64,000 nt of DNA from Raillietiella orientalis (taxonomy: Eukaryota), in the NCBI GenBank assembly GCA_036172245.1, contig JAYWIR010000038.1:930001-994000 (forward strand), read 5' to 3'. Made by a program: the position numbers and the translations under genes. Shown in pieces: positions 28,518-40,700 of this stretch (the stretch's first letter is position 1; the number at the start of each line of letters is the position of its first letter). The notes below the pieces were generated by a model. The model saw nothing but the letters and a program-made list of their open reading frames with translations, made no database searches and had not been told where the DNA came from.

Positions 28518-31500
28518 CTCGCCCAAAGCGACACAGCTCGAGCCGACTTGCGCGGCCCCTCGATAGATGTCAGGCGCATCGTCCACACAGAACGTGCAGT
28601 CCCATACGTGGAAAACGCGCGTGAGGATGCCATTGACACGCAAGACTGTACGAAGGTGATCTCTGAGGACAAGACCGGCACAGATCAACAGAAGATACAC
28701 AGCTGCAGTTTGCAGCGATCGAATCATTAAAAAAATTTCTGTGGCTGCATAGAGAGGGGGGGCTTAGAGAGGTAGGCTGGATGGAAACAAATGTGGAACG
28801 GCATTCGAAGAACGCAAAAAAGGTTCTTTTTTTTTTTTTTGGGTTTGTTCGCTTTTGTTCTTCGAGAGCGTACGGGAAAACATTGGATCAGCATCGAAGC
28901 AGCAGACCCAACGGAGAAACCACGGCTGACTTTCTCGGGACGCGGTCTAGGGATCTCATCCACGGGAAAAAACATGCCTGGAAGACCCGATCCCCGCGGC
29001 CGATAGGAGAGTTCACCGTTACGAAACAAAGACAGCGAAGGAAGAAGGACAAGGGGAATGCCTCGATCCGGGGTCCAAAAGCAGGGAGGCGGGCAGGCAG
29101 CCGGCTCGACAGGGACGACAGATAGCAGGTCCTCCTCCCCGACGACCATTAGAATGGCTGTCTGCAGTGGTTTCGGTGGAGGAGAGCTCTCTTTGAGCCG
29201 CCGACGCGCCTTCCGGTATCCTCCACGCGTCCCGGTTTTCCCTCGAACAGCGTTGGCCGCCGCTCCTGGAAAACGCGCTGTCGGGGCGCCCCGAAAACCA
29301 TCCTCAGTCCCCTCCGCGGTTCTGCTTGGCGAAGCTGCGGATTCTCGTAGGGTCTTAGCGAACGGTGGCACCGAACGTTTTTTCAGGTGAGCCTCCCTCC
29401 CCGCCCCCTTCCCCTCCCAACCCGACGCTGCTGCGAGGGGGCAGTATAAGGACTTACCGCGAACGAGCTCCCCGGCGCCAGCGCCATTCCCAGCGCGCGG
29501 GAGAGCAGCGACTCTCTCGACCGCTCCCAACAAGGCGCAGCGTGCTTGCCTGCTACCCCCCCACCCCGCCCCGAGCGCGCGCATGCTCAATCCGCTGGCG
29601 CGCCGCCGAATCTCCTTTCGCCTGTCCCGAGCCCAAGCTCCCTTCCCGCTTGCCAGGCAGCGGAAACCTAGGGTCCCGGAAGAAGCTGCTGCCCCGCCGG
29701 GCCCTTCCTCCGGCGCCTGCGCTCGAATCGCGGAGGCGCCTCCGCGTCAAGTTCGGTCGAGCCATCGTGCGCCCTTTCCGGGAGGACGCGAGGGCGGGAA
29801 ACGGCACGCTCCGAGGTGGCGCTCAAGTGGTCCCAGCGCGCCCACGAGCGTGAAGAGGCAGCTGCGGGCGGATGGGACCCGCCACCTGCTCTCTCGCTCT
29901 GCCACGCGCGCCCCAACCCACTCGCGCGCTCCGCGCGGGAAGCCGGCTTCCCAGCTCTCGCGCCTCTTCGACAGACCTGCCCCCCGACTGGGGGCGCCGC
30001 CGCAAGCGGGGAGGAGGCAGGCGGCCCTCGGAGCGGCAGCATGCGAGGGCATTCTGATGCCAGCACACGCAACGTCGCGCGGCGGAGGCTTCCCACAGGT
30101 GCTTGAGGCCGACCCCGTATGGCCCAGCACACGCCGGCGGGAAGTCCCTTCCCACGTGCCGCGCTCGTGGAACGCACGGGGGGCCAGCCATGTTCCGCTC
30201 CCGGGGCCGGCCGCAGCCGATACTTTACGGCGCCATGGTCGGGAACGGGCGCGTCTTCACCACCGGACGCTCCTTATCGGTCTCTCGCAGGGCTGCCAGG
30301 GAATTTGAGGTCCGCTACGCCCGATCGACCTCTCGCCACTCCCTCTCTCTCGTGCTGTGATTACTTACCACCTTCATGCGACTTTTCCAACACTTGCGTT
30401 GCAAGTTGCTATCAGCATTCGTTTTCCCTTTCATCCCCCCCTCCCCCCACCCAGCTCCCCGCCGTGCACTTCGACCTTTCCATACCCCGAGAAACCCCCT
30501 TCCTTCCTAGCGACTTCACCCCCCCCCCCCGCAACTCCTTATCGAATTCTACTTTGGAGCGAATTCCCGGAACCGATATCCCGATATCTGTTTATGCTGG
30601 GTGCCTTTATTTTCCACGAGTGACCAATTAACTTTAAGCTGTTTACAACCGAAAAGCATCCCCTAAACATCTGTAGAGCGTAGCAGGAAGCGTGATTACA
30701 AAAAGATTACCAAGAGCATTCTGATGCCAATTACTGCGAACCCTATCTGTAGCAAACACACGTTAATGGGGGGGGGGGGGAGGATGAGTGGGGGGGGGAG
30801 TATCTCAATTCGGCGCATGCTGCTGCAACGCACACCAGCTCCACACTTTGGAAACAAACAAAAACGGGGAAAAGGAAAACCAGCGATGCCACGGAGAGAA
30901 TCGCACACACTTCCTGGTCAGTCTCTACGGGGTGGCTGCAAAAATCGCTCCCGAAACTCCAATCGGTTCGAAATGCAGCTCTGGACGGTGGAACATCCAC
31001 GGCTGCCTCACCGTAAATTTCTACCGCCAAGTTTCGCATTCGCTCCCACTGCGATCCTTTTTTTTTTTTTTTCCTTTTTTTTCCTCTCTTTTCCACAGTT
31101 GAAAACAGCAGCAGTGACGGCGCACATGCACGTGAGCACACCGAAAGAAAACCGAAAACCTTTCTTGTTTACTCCATTCTACTACTCCAATATTCCAATA
31201 TTCTCGCAGGGTGTCTCTCGAACGCCTTTTCCACGTGACGTCTGAGAAAACGATCGAAGGAAAACCTCGAAAAACATTCTCCTTTTTTTGTTTTTTGTTT
31301 TGTTTTGTTTTGTTTTTTTTTTTTTTTTTGCTCCCCACGAACTCTAAAAGTTGTCTATTTGATGTAGCATTGAAAAATACACCTTTAAATAAATAATTAT
31401 ATATTGTCACAACAAGCACTTACAGTTTTCTTACTATCATTTGTTGGTTGCCATCAGCACTCTTACAGGGCACTGGTTCGTTGCCACGGGTGCAAAGTTA

Positions 31501-31636
31501 ATACTACTCAACCAAACCTCCAGCTTAAAGTGTCTCAAGCGGGGGGAAACGTACGTTGGCACCGCTATTTTGCATTCGAAACATGAAAATCGGCAATCTG
31601 AACAACGCTGCTCAGGCACTGTGGAGCATCCAACAA

Positions 31637-34600
31637 CTAACGGGCAAACATCCTGTTTTGACGCCAAAGGGATGGGTTAACTTTGGCCTTCAACTTCTGG
31701 ATGAGATCGTAAATCTTCAAACTGGGTCCCACTTTCATTCCTGTGAGGACAAGTAATTCCTCTTTCGTGAGGGCCATCAACTTCCGGCCGTCCACTTTCT
31801 GCAAGGAGTCATCAGCACAGGATGGACTTTGTCAATTCACTTACCTCCTGACAAAAATTATCACAGTAATTAACACAGCCATTAATGTGAAGGAACCGAG
31901 CAACCTCATCCACATCCCAATCATTGGGCGAGACAGTGTGGGGTAGCCGAGATTGAGCAAAGTCCAGCAAACATGGAATGTAATGTGCAGTTCGTGGGTT
32001 CTCTGCTTGACTTGGGGTTGAATCCCTTTCCTGTGGTTGCACGGTGCACACAGGCCTCTCTTTATCTGCTTCATTTGGGACACACTCCTCCTCTACTGGA
32101 ACAGCTGATGCCTGCTTGCTGCTGCTTTTTTTGACTTTGCTTTTCTTTTTTTTCCTCAGAAACGAAGGGCGGGCCTTTCTTTTAGGAACAGTTCCAGGAG
32201 CAGCAGGAGGTGGTCCTTCTAAGCGATGTCCCACTAATTCACACCAACCCACTGGATAGATATCAGGGGACTGACAATCCAGCCACTGATCAAACTCATC
32301 ATCCCATCCATCAAAGTGGATCTTGAGAAGCCGCCCCACAACACGGCACACAGTAGCCACACACACAAGTCGTGGATCCATCAGATCCACTGCTTCCAAA
32401 TGCTGCCCCACACGGAACCCATGTTCCAGGATTTGTTGAGAAAATGAACTAGAGGGCACAGTGGTGGCTCCTGTTTCTTTCAGATATTCTTCCCAACTGA
32501 AGGGCTCTCCACTGGCTAATGAGGGAGCTACCAGTGGGATTGAATTTTGCTTACAGAAACCTGCTGGGAAAATGTATGGGGAACTAGCATGATAGCAAAA
32601 TGGGCTAGGTTCCTCATGACCCTTTTGTTGAGCAGATGTAGCAGCATCCATCTGCACCATCAAGTAACCATCAGCCAATACCTGTACAACACTGGCTACA
32701 CAGATCTGGGATAAATTCAACGGATCAATGGCTTCTAATTTCATGTTGGGCTCGAATCCCTGGGCTGCTGTTAAAGGACGCAGTGAAGGATCCAAGGAAA
32801 GACTTGCTGGTGTTTCACGCTCTTTTCTGACAAGAGGATGGCTGACTCTAACAGACCACCCTATAGGATGCATTAAGGGTGATTCCTCATGACAATAGAA
32901 TTCTAATGACAGTCAAACAAGTCTGCACCACAACCCTCTCACCATTCTGAGGTTCCCTAGCCATTCCATCATATGCTAGCTGGAGTCGACGGCCAATAAC
33001 ATCCACAATATGTGCCAACCGCATTTGGCTTATGTGGAACTTGTCTACCACTTCTACTTGCATACCCCTATGCAAAGTAGGCTGCAGACTTGTGCATACT
33101 TGATCTTCGAAATCCGAAGGCAGAGTCCGAGCTCCCATCAGCCGCTTCTTCAAAAAATCTTTCCAATCTTTATACTTTCCTTGAATGGCTACACAAACAT
33201 GCACATGAGCAGTAACTTTTGAAAGACATGACTTACCTTTAGGAGGAATAAGTGGTTTGCCCTGGGAAGCACACCACCCCACAGGATATACTGGATCCAC
33301 ACAAAGGTGCATCCAGAAGTCCCAGCTACTGTCTTGACCAAAGCCCTCATACCGCAGCAATACCTTATATCCTAAAAGCTGGTGTCAGTGATATTAGCAA
33401 TGCCCCTTTTTACCTGTAACCCTCAGCACTGTAGCCACCCAAAAACAATCTGCAAATGTTTCCAGAACCAGTGCAGGCTGTTCATTGCGTACCTCCACCT
33501 TCATGCCAACAATGACATTCTCCCATACTTCAGCCATGGGAGCCTTGACACAGGATAACAACATCGATTTCCAGAAATTCAAATCATACATGCTTGAAGC
33601 AGGAGACAGGAGCGGTTTCAAAAGTAGAATCTCTCAAAAAGTTCTTCCAATCAAAAAAGTTGCCTGATTTGATGCGTTCAGCATTGGAGGATAGTGTTGT
33701 ACGAGTCATCAAATTTTCCAGAATTCCGCCATTCTTTCCATTTAACAGGCAGTGTGAAACTTTGGGGGGGGACACCTCCTGAGATGTACAGACTAAAGGT
33801 AAGTCCTGAGACAATTACAATTGTTGTGTCAAACGTAAAAAACCTGCACACACTTTTGACACTGTCTTTGTTTGGCTTGCATTTTTTTCCCATTGTCGGG
33901 AGCAGTTCAGGCTACAGAACTTCCTCTCTTTGGTGTAAAAAGCATGCTTGACTCCTATAGCCCCACAGTTTTGACAAATAGCTACAAAAAACAGAAAAAT
34001 AACTAAACAAATCTCATTGCAAACATTATTTACAAATGAAAATCATCATAAAATATAAACTTTTCATTAGAGATAATGAAGCTTCTTCTTTCACTCTACT
34101 AGAACAAAGATGCAAATCAGGGTGCATTTCTCATCACTGCCTTTATATTAAAGTCCTTGTTTCCAAGATTACATTATAAAACAAAAAAAAAATCGTTTCA
34201 AGTACATCTACTAGGCAGTTCATCACTGAACATTTACAACAAGCAGCTACCTTAAAACTTTAGCCACAAGCAATGATTTGATCTTTGATCAGTCACAACA
34301 TACTTGACAACAGTGTTATTCAAGGCAATAAAACCATACACTCAAACACCAAATGCCATAAAGACACCTGTGTTTCTGTGGTACCGAGGCTTTTCAGAGA
34401 ATGTATCAGTGTATCGTTTCACCATCAGAACAAAGTATACATTTAAAATGAATAATTAGTATACATAAATTGTTACAAGCATTAAGGACCTTCAATTACA
34501 CTCGAAACTTGGGAAAAAATTTATGATTGACCTAAAAAAAAATTGCGATAAGGAACAGTAAGTGAAAACTGATTTCGAGAATTTCATTAAGTTACTATAT

Positions 34601-34782
34601 CTGCAAAGTTTTTTGGTAGTTAGTTCACACAAATCAGGTCTTTCTCAACATTTCAGTTTCTAGAAACAGATCTAATGATGGATGATTTATTTACCAATGC
34701 CTTCTGGAGTTATAGGAATTTTATTCAAATCAGTCCCACTTTGAAAAGCAATGGAGGACTTCAGCTGTGGCAACTCACTCAT
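31637..34782 (-). CDS. Sfmbt: Polycomb-group protein of the Sfmbt / MBTD1-L3MBTL2 type: FCS zinc finger + 4 MBT repeats + C-terminal SAM, ~720 aa
   Basis: Phase-consistent GT-AG exon chain: 34782-34695, 33981-33854, 33805-33590, 33543-33414, 33371-33237, 33188-32943, 32902-31845, 31798-31637 (TAG). Peptides include IPITPEGIAICQNCGAIGVKHAFYTKERKFCSLNCS (FCS finger); VGMKVEV..CFWVATV, LRYEGFGQDSSWDFW, FYCHEESPLMHPIGW, MKLEAIDPLNLSQICVASV and LEAVDLMDPRLVCVATV..HFDGWDDEFDQW (MBT repeats); and PNDWDVDEVARFL..VDGRKLMALTKEELL..MKVGPSLKI (SAM). An acceptor lies just upstream of the ATG, so upstream UTR or coding exons are possible. Confidence 0.92.
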
Positions 34783-37700
34783 GCCTACATTCTAATGTCA
34801 GCATGTATAGTTTAGCAATACAGATTACTGACACATGACTTATATTTAAAAAGTAGATCTTGAATTTACATTGTAACCTATAAAACAAAAATCTGAAAAT
34901 CACACTATTTCACACACATTTGGTATTAAAATGGTGAGATTCCCGTTAAATGACAATTACATAACATTCCCATGTTCACACATGGAAATGAGATGGAAGC
35001 CAACATAAACACCGGTGACAAAGAATTTGGATCATTTTATCAGTGACTCAATCAACGTATAGCAGTGTCATAATGTGCCGGAAAATCACTGCATCAAGCT
35101 CAACCTGTCTTCTGATTTCAGCAGAACTCCAACTGCTATTAGGTATACATTCAAAAAATCCCTTGCATGAAAAAAAAAACTGGAGATGTTTTCTCTTATG
35201 GGATGCAATTGGTGGTGGCACAAAAATTCGATGAGTACGGGTAAAATGTACGTGCTCGGTGGCAAAACTTTCCCGTGGGCATGTAGGAGCTACTTGCAAG
35301 GAAAACAAAACGAGAATCTTTAGGCACAAAAAAATGAAAAAAAAAAAAAATTCGAATATATGGGCTTTCCCCTCGTCAGTCTGATCCGTGCAAGAGGAAA
35401 ACGAATTCCCGAAACAAGAACTACTTTTACTTCACGGATGCCCAAGTGAATTTGGAGACAAAAATATTCTTCTGAATTAAGCCAAAAGGGCACCGATGAG
35501 CTCTCTCCCGTTTGAAACGTATTTACGTTACATCGGTTTCGTAACATTCCTACGGCAGGAAAAAGGGGGGAGGGGGAGAGAGAGGGGGGGAGATGGGGGG
35601 GGAGAGAAAAAAAAAATGAAAAAATGAAAAATACGTCGGAAGTCTTCGTGCGAAGTCTTCGTTAGCAAAGAAAGCCGCCACTTGCAAAGGAAAACTTCAC
35701 GAGCACACTTTAAACGGGGAGAACGTTCCCCCCCCCTCCGTCGAGCACATTCCCTGCGTGCACGCGCGCTGCTGCTGCTGCAAACTGCTGCCGGCCCTTC
35801 CTCACAACGAGCATGAAATGGAAATCACCGATTTCGCCCCACCCCCCACCCCCTCCCACCCCTTCCCCCCTCATCAGGGAAAAAGGGGGAAGGAAGGAGA
35901 AGGAAGAAAAGGACTGAGATCGCTTCGTTCTGCGTTAAACGTTAACAGCCCGAATATTTAAAAACGTGGTAGCGCTGCAAGATAAACAAACAGAAGCGAT
36001 CGTCGTCCCCTCGCTCTTCCAAAAATTTTAGATTGCTTTGAATTTCAGATTATTTGAAAAAGATCGTTGATTCACGTGAGAGTACGATTCATCGGCAAAA
36101 TAATGCAGGGGATAATTCCCCAAGACCCCTTGAGAGTTTGGAATGGGACGGGGGGGGGGGGATAAAAACACACGCACACTTTGGGGCGGTAAAAACACGG
36201 GACAAAAGTAGTGAATCTCTTGGAACCGTGCATGGGACTCATCAGTGCATCTTTAAAAATCCCAAGACATGGAAACGTCTAATATCAGCAACGAAACAAC
36301 TTCGATTCCCAAACGAGCGTGTTTCAAAGTGTTAATTCCCACCTTTTTCTTTCCCTGCGTTTCATTAAAGGCTAAAACAGGGTGTGCCATATTTTTTTTT
36401 TTTTTCCATCTGATTTAGATAATCCAAAAAAAAAAAACACCCTTGTTCTGGAATTTAAAGAACGATTGATGCGATAATTGTTTGCATGTGGTTGCAGCGA
36501 TTACAGCCGATCACTTCCCGGGCAAATGGATTCCTTTGAAGCCGTCTAGAGCTGCTGTAATTCGAAGCAAAACGATACGCTGATGTATTGCAGGCATCAG
36601 AAACGTACATACGTTTCATAGTACGAGAAACGAAAAGCTTCCAAAATTCCAAAGTTCTGGTTTCGGGAAGAAATTTACTTGAAAACTGGAACTGCAGCTA
36701 ATGTGTGTCGTCAGCTTGGAATCTTTGTTTCAGACTAGGAAGCGGAAGACTCGGACCTTTTCAGGCACCATTCATACATTCGATCTTGCCTTTGGAGATG
36801 CTGCGATTCCATGCATGCTGCGAACCAGTCCAGTCTGAAACATCTAATAAGGATCGGCTCTGTGATGCTCTACCGACAGAAGATAGGAAACGTTTTTCAT
36901 GTACTCTTGATCTGCCTAAAAATGTGACATCCAGCAAGGGACACTTTCCATACCTTCGGGGTCTTTAATTGGTCTTCAACTGTCTCATATGAACACGATG
37001 TTCACTCTTACGACCATTAAGGAGATTTTAGAAAACTTGGAATTCTCAGAGTCCTTACACAAGAATTCGCTCGTGTCACTACTACAGGTAATTTTTCGAA
37101 AACATAGTCACACAATAAACCCAAATAAAGGTTTTTTTTTTTTTAAAAAAAAAAAAAATTACTCTATGATGAATATAAACAAAGGATATGAAGATGATAC
37201 AACATAAAGATAACAGAATCGCCATTGTAATGGACATCTGCATATTACGAAAAAGCAGAAATGTAACGGAGAATTTGATTTCTAGATTATTTATAGTCTT
37301 CTCAGTGCATAAATCCCTAGAATATTGCCAATTCTCGAATTACTGCAAAAGGATGTGGGTAACGTTGCCCTGCCAGTCCATACAGTTTCGTTCGCTTCTA
37401 GAAAGCAAGCCTCTGTCAACCCATGGGACACTCAGGACTATTCGAAAGTTTCTTATTTCTAAAATAAAAAAAAAAGGAAGACAGAAAGAAAACCATGGAA
37501 TATAAAGTATGCAGCTGGAAGAAAAAAAAACTTCCTTCCAAAGATCCAGAGACATTGAATGATTATTTGCTGGGAGTTGCCTCCGGAAGCTCAGGGCAAA
37601 TCGTGTTGCCTAGCATTCGTTTTCTCATTTCGCTCGATACTTTCCTATGGAGCATAATAAGCCAACAGGCCCTAATTATACTGCCAGAGGAGGTGATCAT

Positions 37701-40700
37701 TTAGAGCTATCGATAGGGCATCAGATTCCCTTATTCCGATATCTCTGAGCAAACAGGGAAGGCGAATGAGAAGCAACGGGTGCTCTGGTTCCCGAGACGC
37801 ATGTTGAGATGACAAGACTGTGGTGAGCCCCTGCTCGACTGATCTTGGCGATCAACGCAGTGACCGAAAGGGTTGGCGATGTTTACATGCAGAAACAACT
37901 TGGAAGCATTTGCAGCTCACATGGTCACGTCGCTGCCTGTTGTAACGCGTTGCGTCTCAAATCAGAACTTCAACGAGAAACAGTGTTTCTCACTAGCTCT
38001 GGAGCTGCAGTTGCAAGTAGGACGAGGCGTGCCTTTTATGAGGGTCATGCCGCTTTTGGGAATACCCTAGTATATATGGACGCTGAAGTTTTGGAAGGTG
38101 CTTACCTGGACGAGGGCAACGATAGAGATGGCGATCGTGTGTGATGCGAGGTTCTTATTCCGAAGGACATCACCCCCTTTGCAATGAGGACTTCAGCGTC
38201 TCTCCGTTCAATATTGAGGGGGCGGCTCTTGTCTTTTAATATGCGAGCGAAGGAGAATAAAAATTACTGCGCACACTTCTCCTTATTCTCATCTTTCATG
38301 AATCTCTGTGGTAGGCTATCCTACCACAGAGCAACAACAGCGATTCATACCGAAAGCAGTGATGGAACAAACCACACACAACCGCCTTGTGAACAAAAAT
38401 GGACCACAAGCGGTCAGATGCTGCCGTGCTTTGGATTTTCCATTTCGCTCTTGTGGTACTCAATCAGCTGACTCAACAGCTTGCCTAAGTTTAGTTCCCG
38501 TTTCGGTTTAGGTGGCAAATAAGTAAGCTGCAGCCGGTAATGTCTGTTGGGAGAAGAGGCAGTTTCTTCTAAACAGGGGGGTTCAGAGTTTTCGTTCGTT
38601 CACATCTTACAGAGAGCTTGTTTGTCGAAAGAAAGAAGGAAAGCAGTAAGTACTCGTGTTCGGCGACGCCTTCGGACTTACCGTTTGCGTTGATTGATTT
38701 TCAAGTTGAGAAAAACGGGGATGTTTGTAAAAGCAAACGAAAACCTCCAAAGCTCGAGACCTCCACGATGGTGTCAGTGTGTGTGGTCGTAAATCTTTCC
38801 TTATGCTCCCCAGGGTTAGCAAACTTCCTAACCTGAACGCGTTTAATAGAGGAGCTGTTGGATCGAAATTCTGACTCTTTCACATGTTTTCGCATGCTTG
38901 CCGTTAGCAGATTGACTCCCAAAGTGATTTGGGAGACTCGCAGTCATCGAAATAAAAACGACAGCAATCTAACCTTTTTTCTTTTTTGCATTTTAAAATC
39001 AATGCAGTATTAATCGATGTCGAAGACTCGTTTTCTCTCCGAGCGAATCGGGAAAAAAGTGGTTTTTCATTAATGCAGCAATGCATTCGCAAAACGAGCA
39101 GTGCAAGATCGAAGCAAAAATGTAAGATGATTTGGAAAACGAAGACATCGAAATGATGCTTGCCAAAACTGAAAGTGTACATCTGTGTCCCCCCCCTATC
39201 TCTATGTTGGTGTAAAAAGGGGAGCAGGAAACCGAATCCGGATCCCCAATCTTCCAGAAAATTTGTTCATAAATATAACTGATCTTCGCTGGGCCTGAGG
39301 GTGAGACGAGGCAGGTCCGGTCGAGAAGTGAAGCATCTCTCTCAACGAAACATTTGGGCTTCACGTGAAATCAGTATGCGAAACAGCTGTTTCGGGAAGG
39401 ATGGCGAGACTGCCTCCATGGACCAAGATGCCTGGAGATTGTGGCACAGCAAAAAGCAACGAAGAGCCACGCAGGTCGGAAAATCGCACGGGAGGCCAAA
39501 AAAAAAAACCATTCCGAGGAGTTGAATGAATAGGAAATGGGCACGGGGATCTAACACATAGCGGAACAGATCACTTTCATTAGATGCTGCCCACACGAAG
39601 AAACACTTAGCACGCTGAGTGGTTTCCTCTTGGTACAATGTAATGATTTTTCATTAAAGAGTCGATGAAGTGGTCCGAGCTTACCAGAAAAGAGTACCTG
39701 TGTAGCTTCCGATGCAATTTGATCCCGCTCGTGTTCATGCGCCCCCCGGATGCAGGATTCATCCCTTCATTGGGGAAGCAGTAGGCGTAGTCTGATAGCG
39801 AGGGAACGGATTCTCTTAGCAGACAGTACTTCCGTGAATTCGCCATTGCGTTCACGTGGTGAGCAGCGCTCGTGATTTCATCATCACAGATTTGGGGTTC
39901 TGTTAAGAGTGTGGATGTGCAAAGGTTTCCTAATGAATTCACCCTCTGGGGAAAGCTTCGTGTTTGGCTTCACGTAAGGATGGGCAAAGAAGAAAGTCGG
40001 AGATGACGAGGTGGGATGCCACCACTTGGATCCTAAAGGCAACCAGGAAAAAAAATGGCAGCTCATTGAAAGGAGGAAAGGAAAGGAAGTACGGACGGTT
40101 TTTGAAATTTGAGGTATCCGAGTGCAGCTGGCAAATACAAATGCCCATAGGCCAACAGTGACACGCTTTGCTTTAGCAAAGAAACGTTCTAAAGTAGAAG
40201 CGGGCCTCCGTAAAGAATGGCATCCATGAGGCTGTTCGGTATAACCCGAAAAGTCACTGAGCGTGTTCTGCGCTCACTGACTCAATCCTTCTGTCCAGCT
40301 TTTGACGTAAAAAAAAAAAAAAAAAAAAAAACAGCCGCCCGCCATCATAACGATCGTTCTCTCCTCTGTTTAAGGACAAAATCCTGGACTTACCTCGCAA
40401 GGAAACACCTTTACTGTCAGGTGTCCTCATTGGCAAAAAGGTAAGCCACGCGCACCTCAAGCCGACCGCCCCAAGAAACTGCCAGCAAAAAGCTCCTTCG
40501 CAAGCCGTTCCCACACATCGACAAGTTTCCGTGCCAAACAGCATCATCCAGTCTTGGGGATGGAAGGGTTGTGTCCGTGCGCGCGCGCGCGCGCGGAGAA
40601 CACGGAAAGCTCGATTGGAAGAGCGAACCCCTCCCCCCCAAAATGCTCTTTTCCCTCCCTGGGGGTGACGTGTCGCTAAACGAAAGCACCCAGTTTCGAG

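Noticed and set aside
16838..30308. Long ORFs of 240-385 aa (e.g. 16838-17842, 20246-21235, 23753-24802, 24319-25320, 26518-27675)
   Set aside because: They are R/G/P/S/A-rich, overlap on both strands, cross homopolymer runs and have no recognisable domains. Stop-poor GC-rich DNA is expected to produce such ORFs.
34368..34425. Alternative phase-1 first exon for Sfmbt (MVKRYTDTFSEKPRYHRNT)
   Set aside because: Weak donor and no similarity. The 34782-34695 exon gives the expected sequence before the FCS finger.
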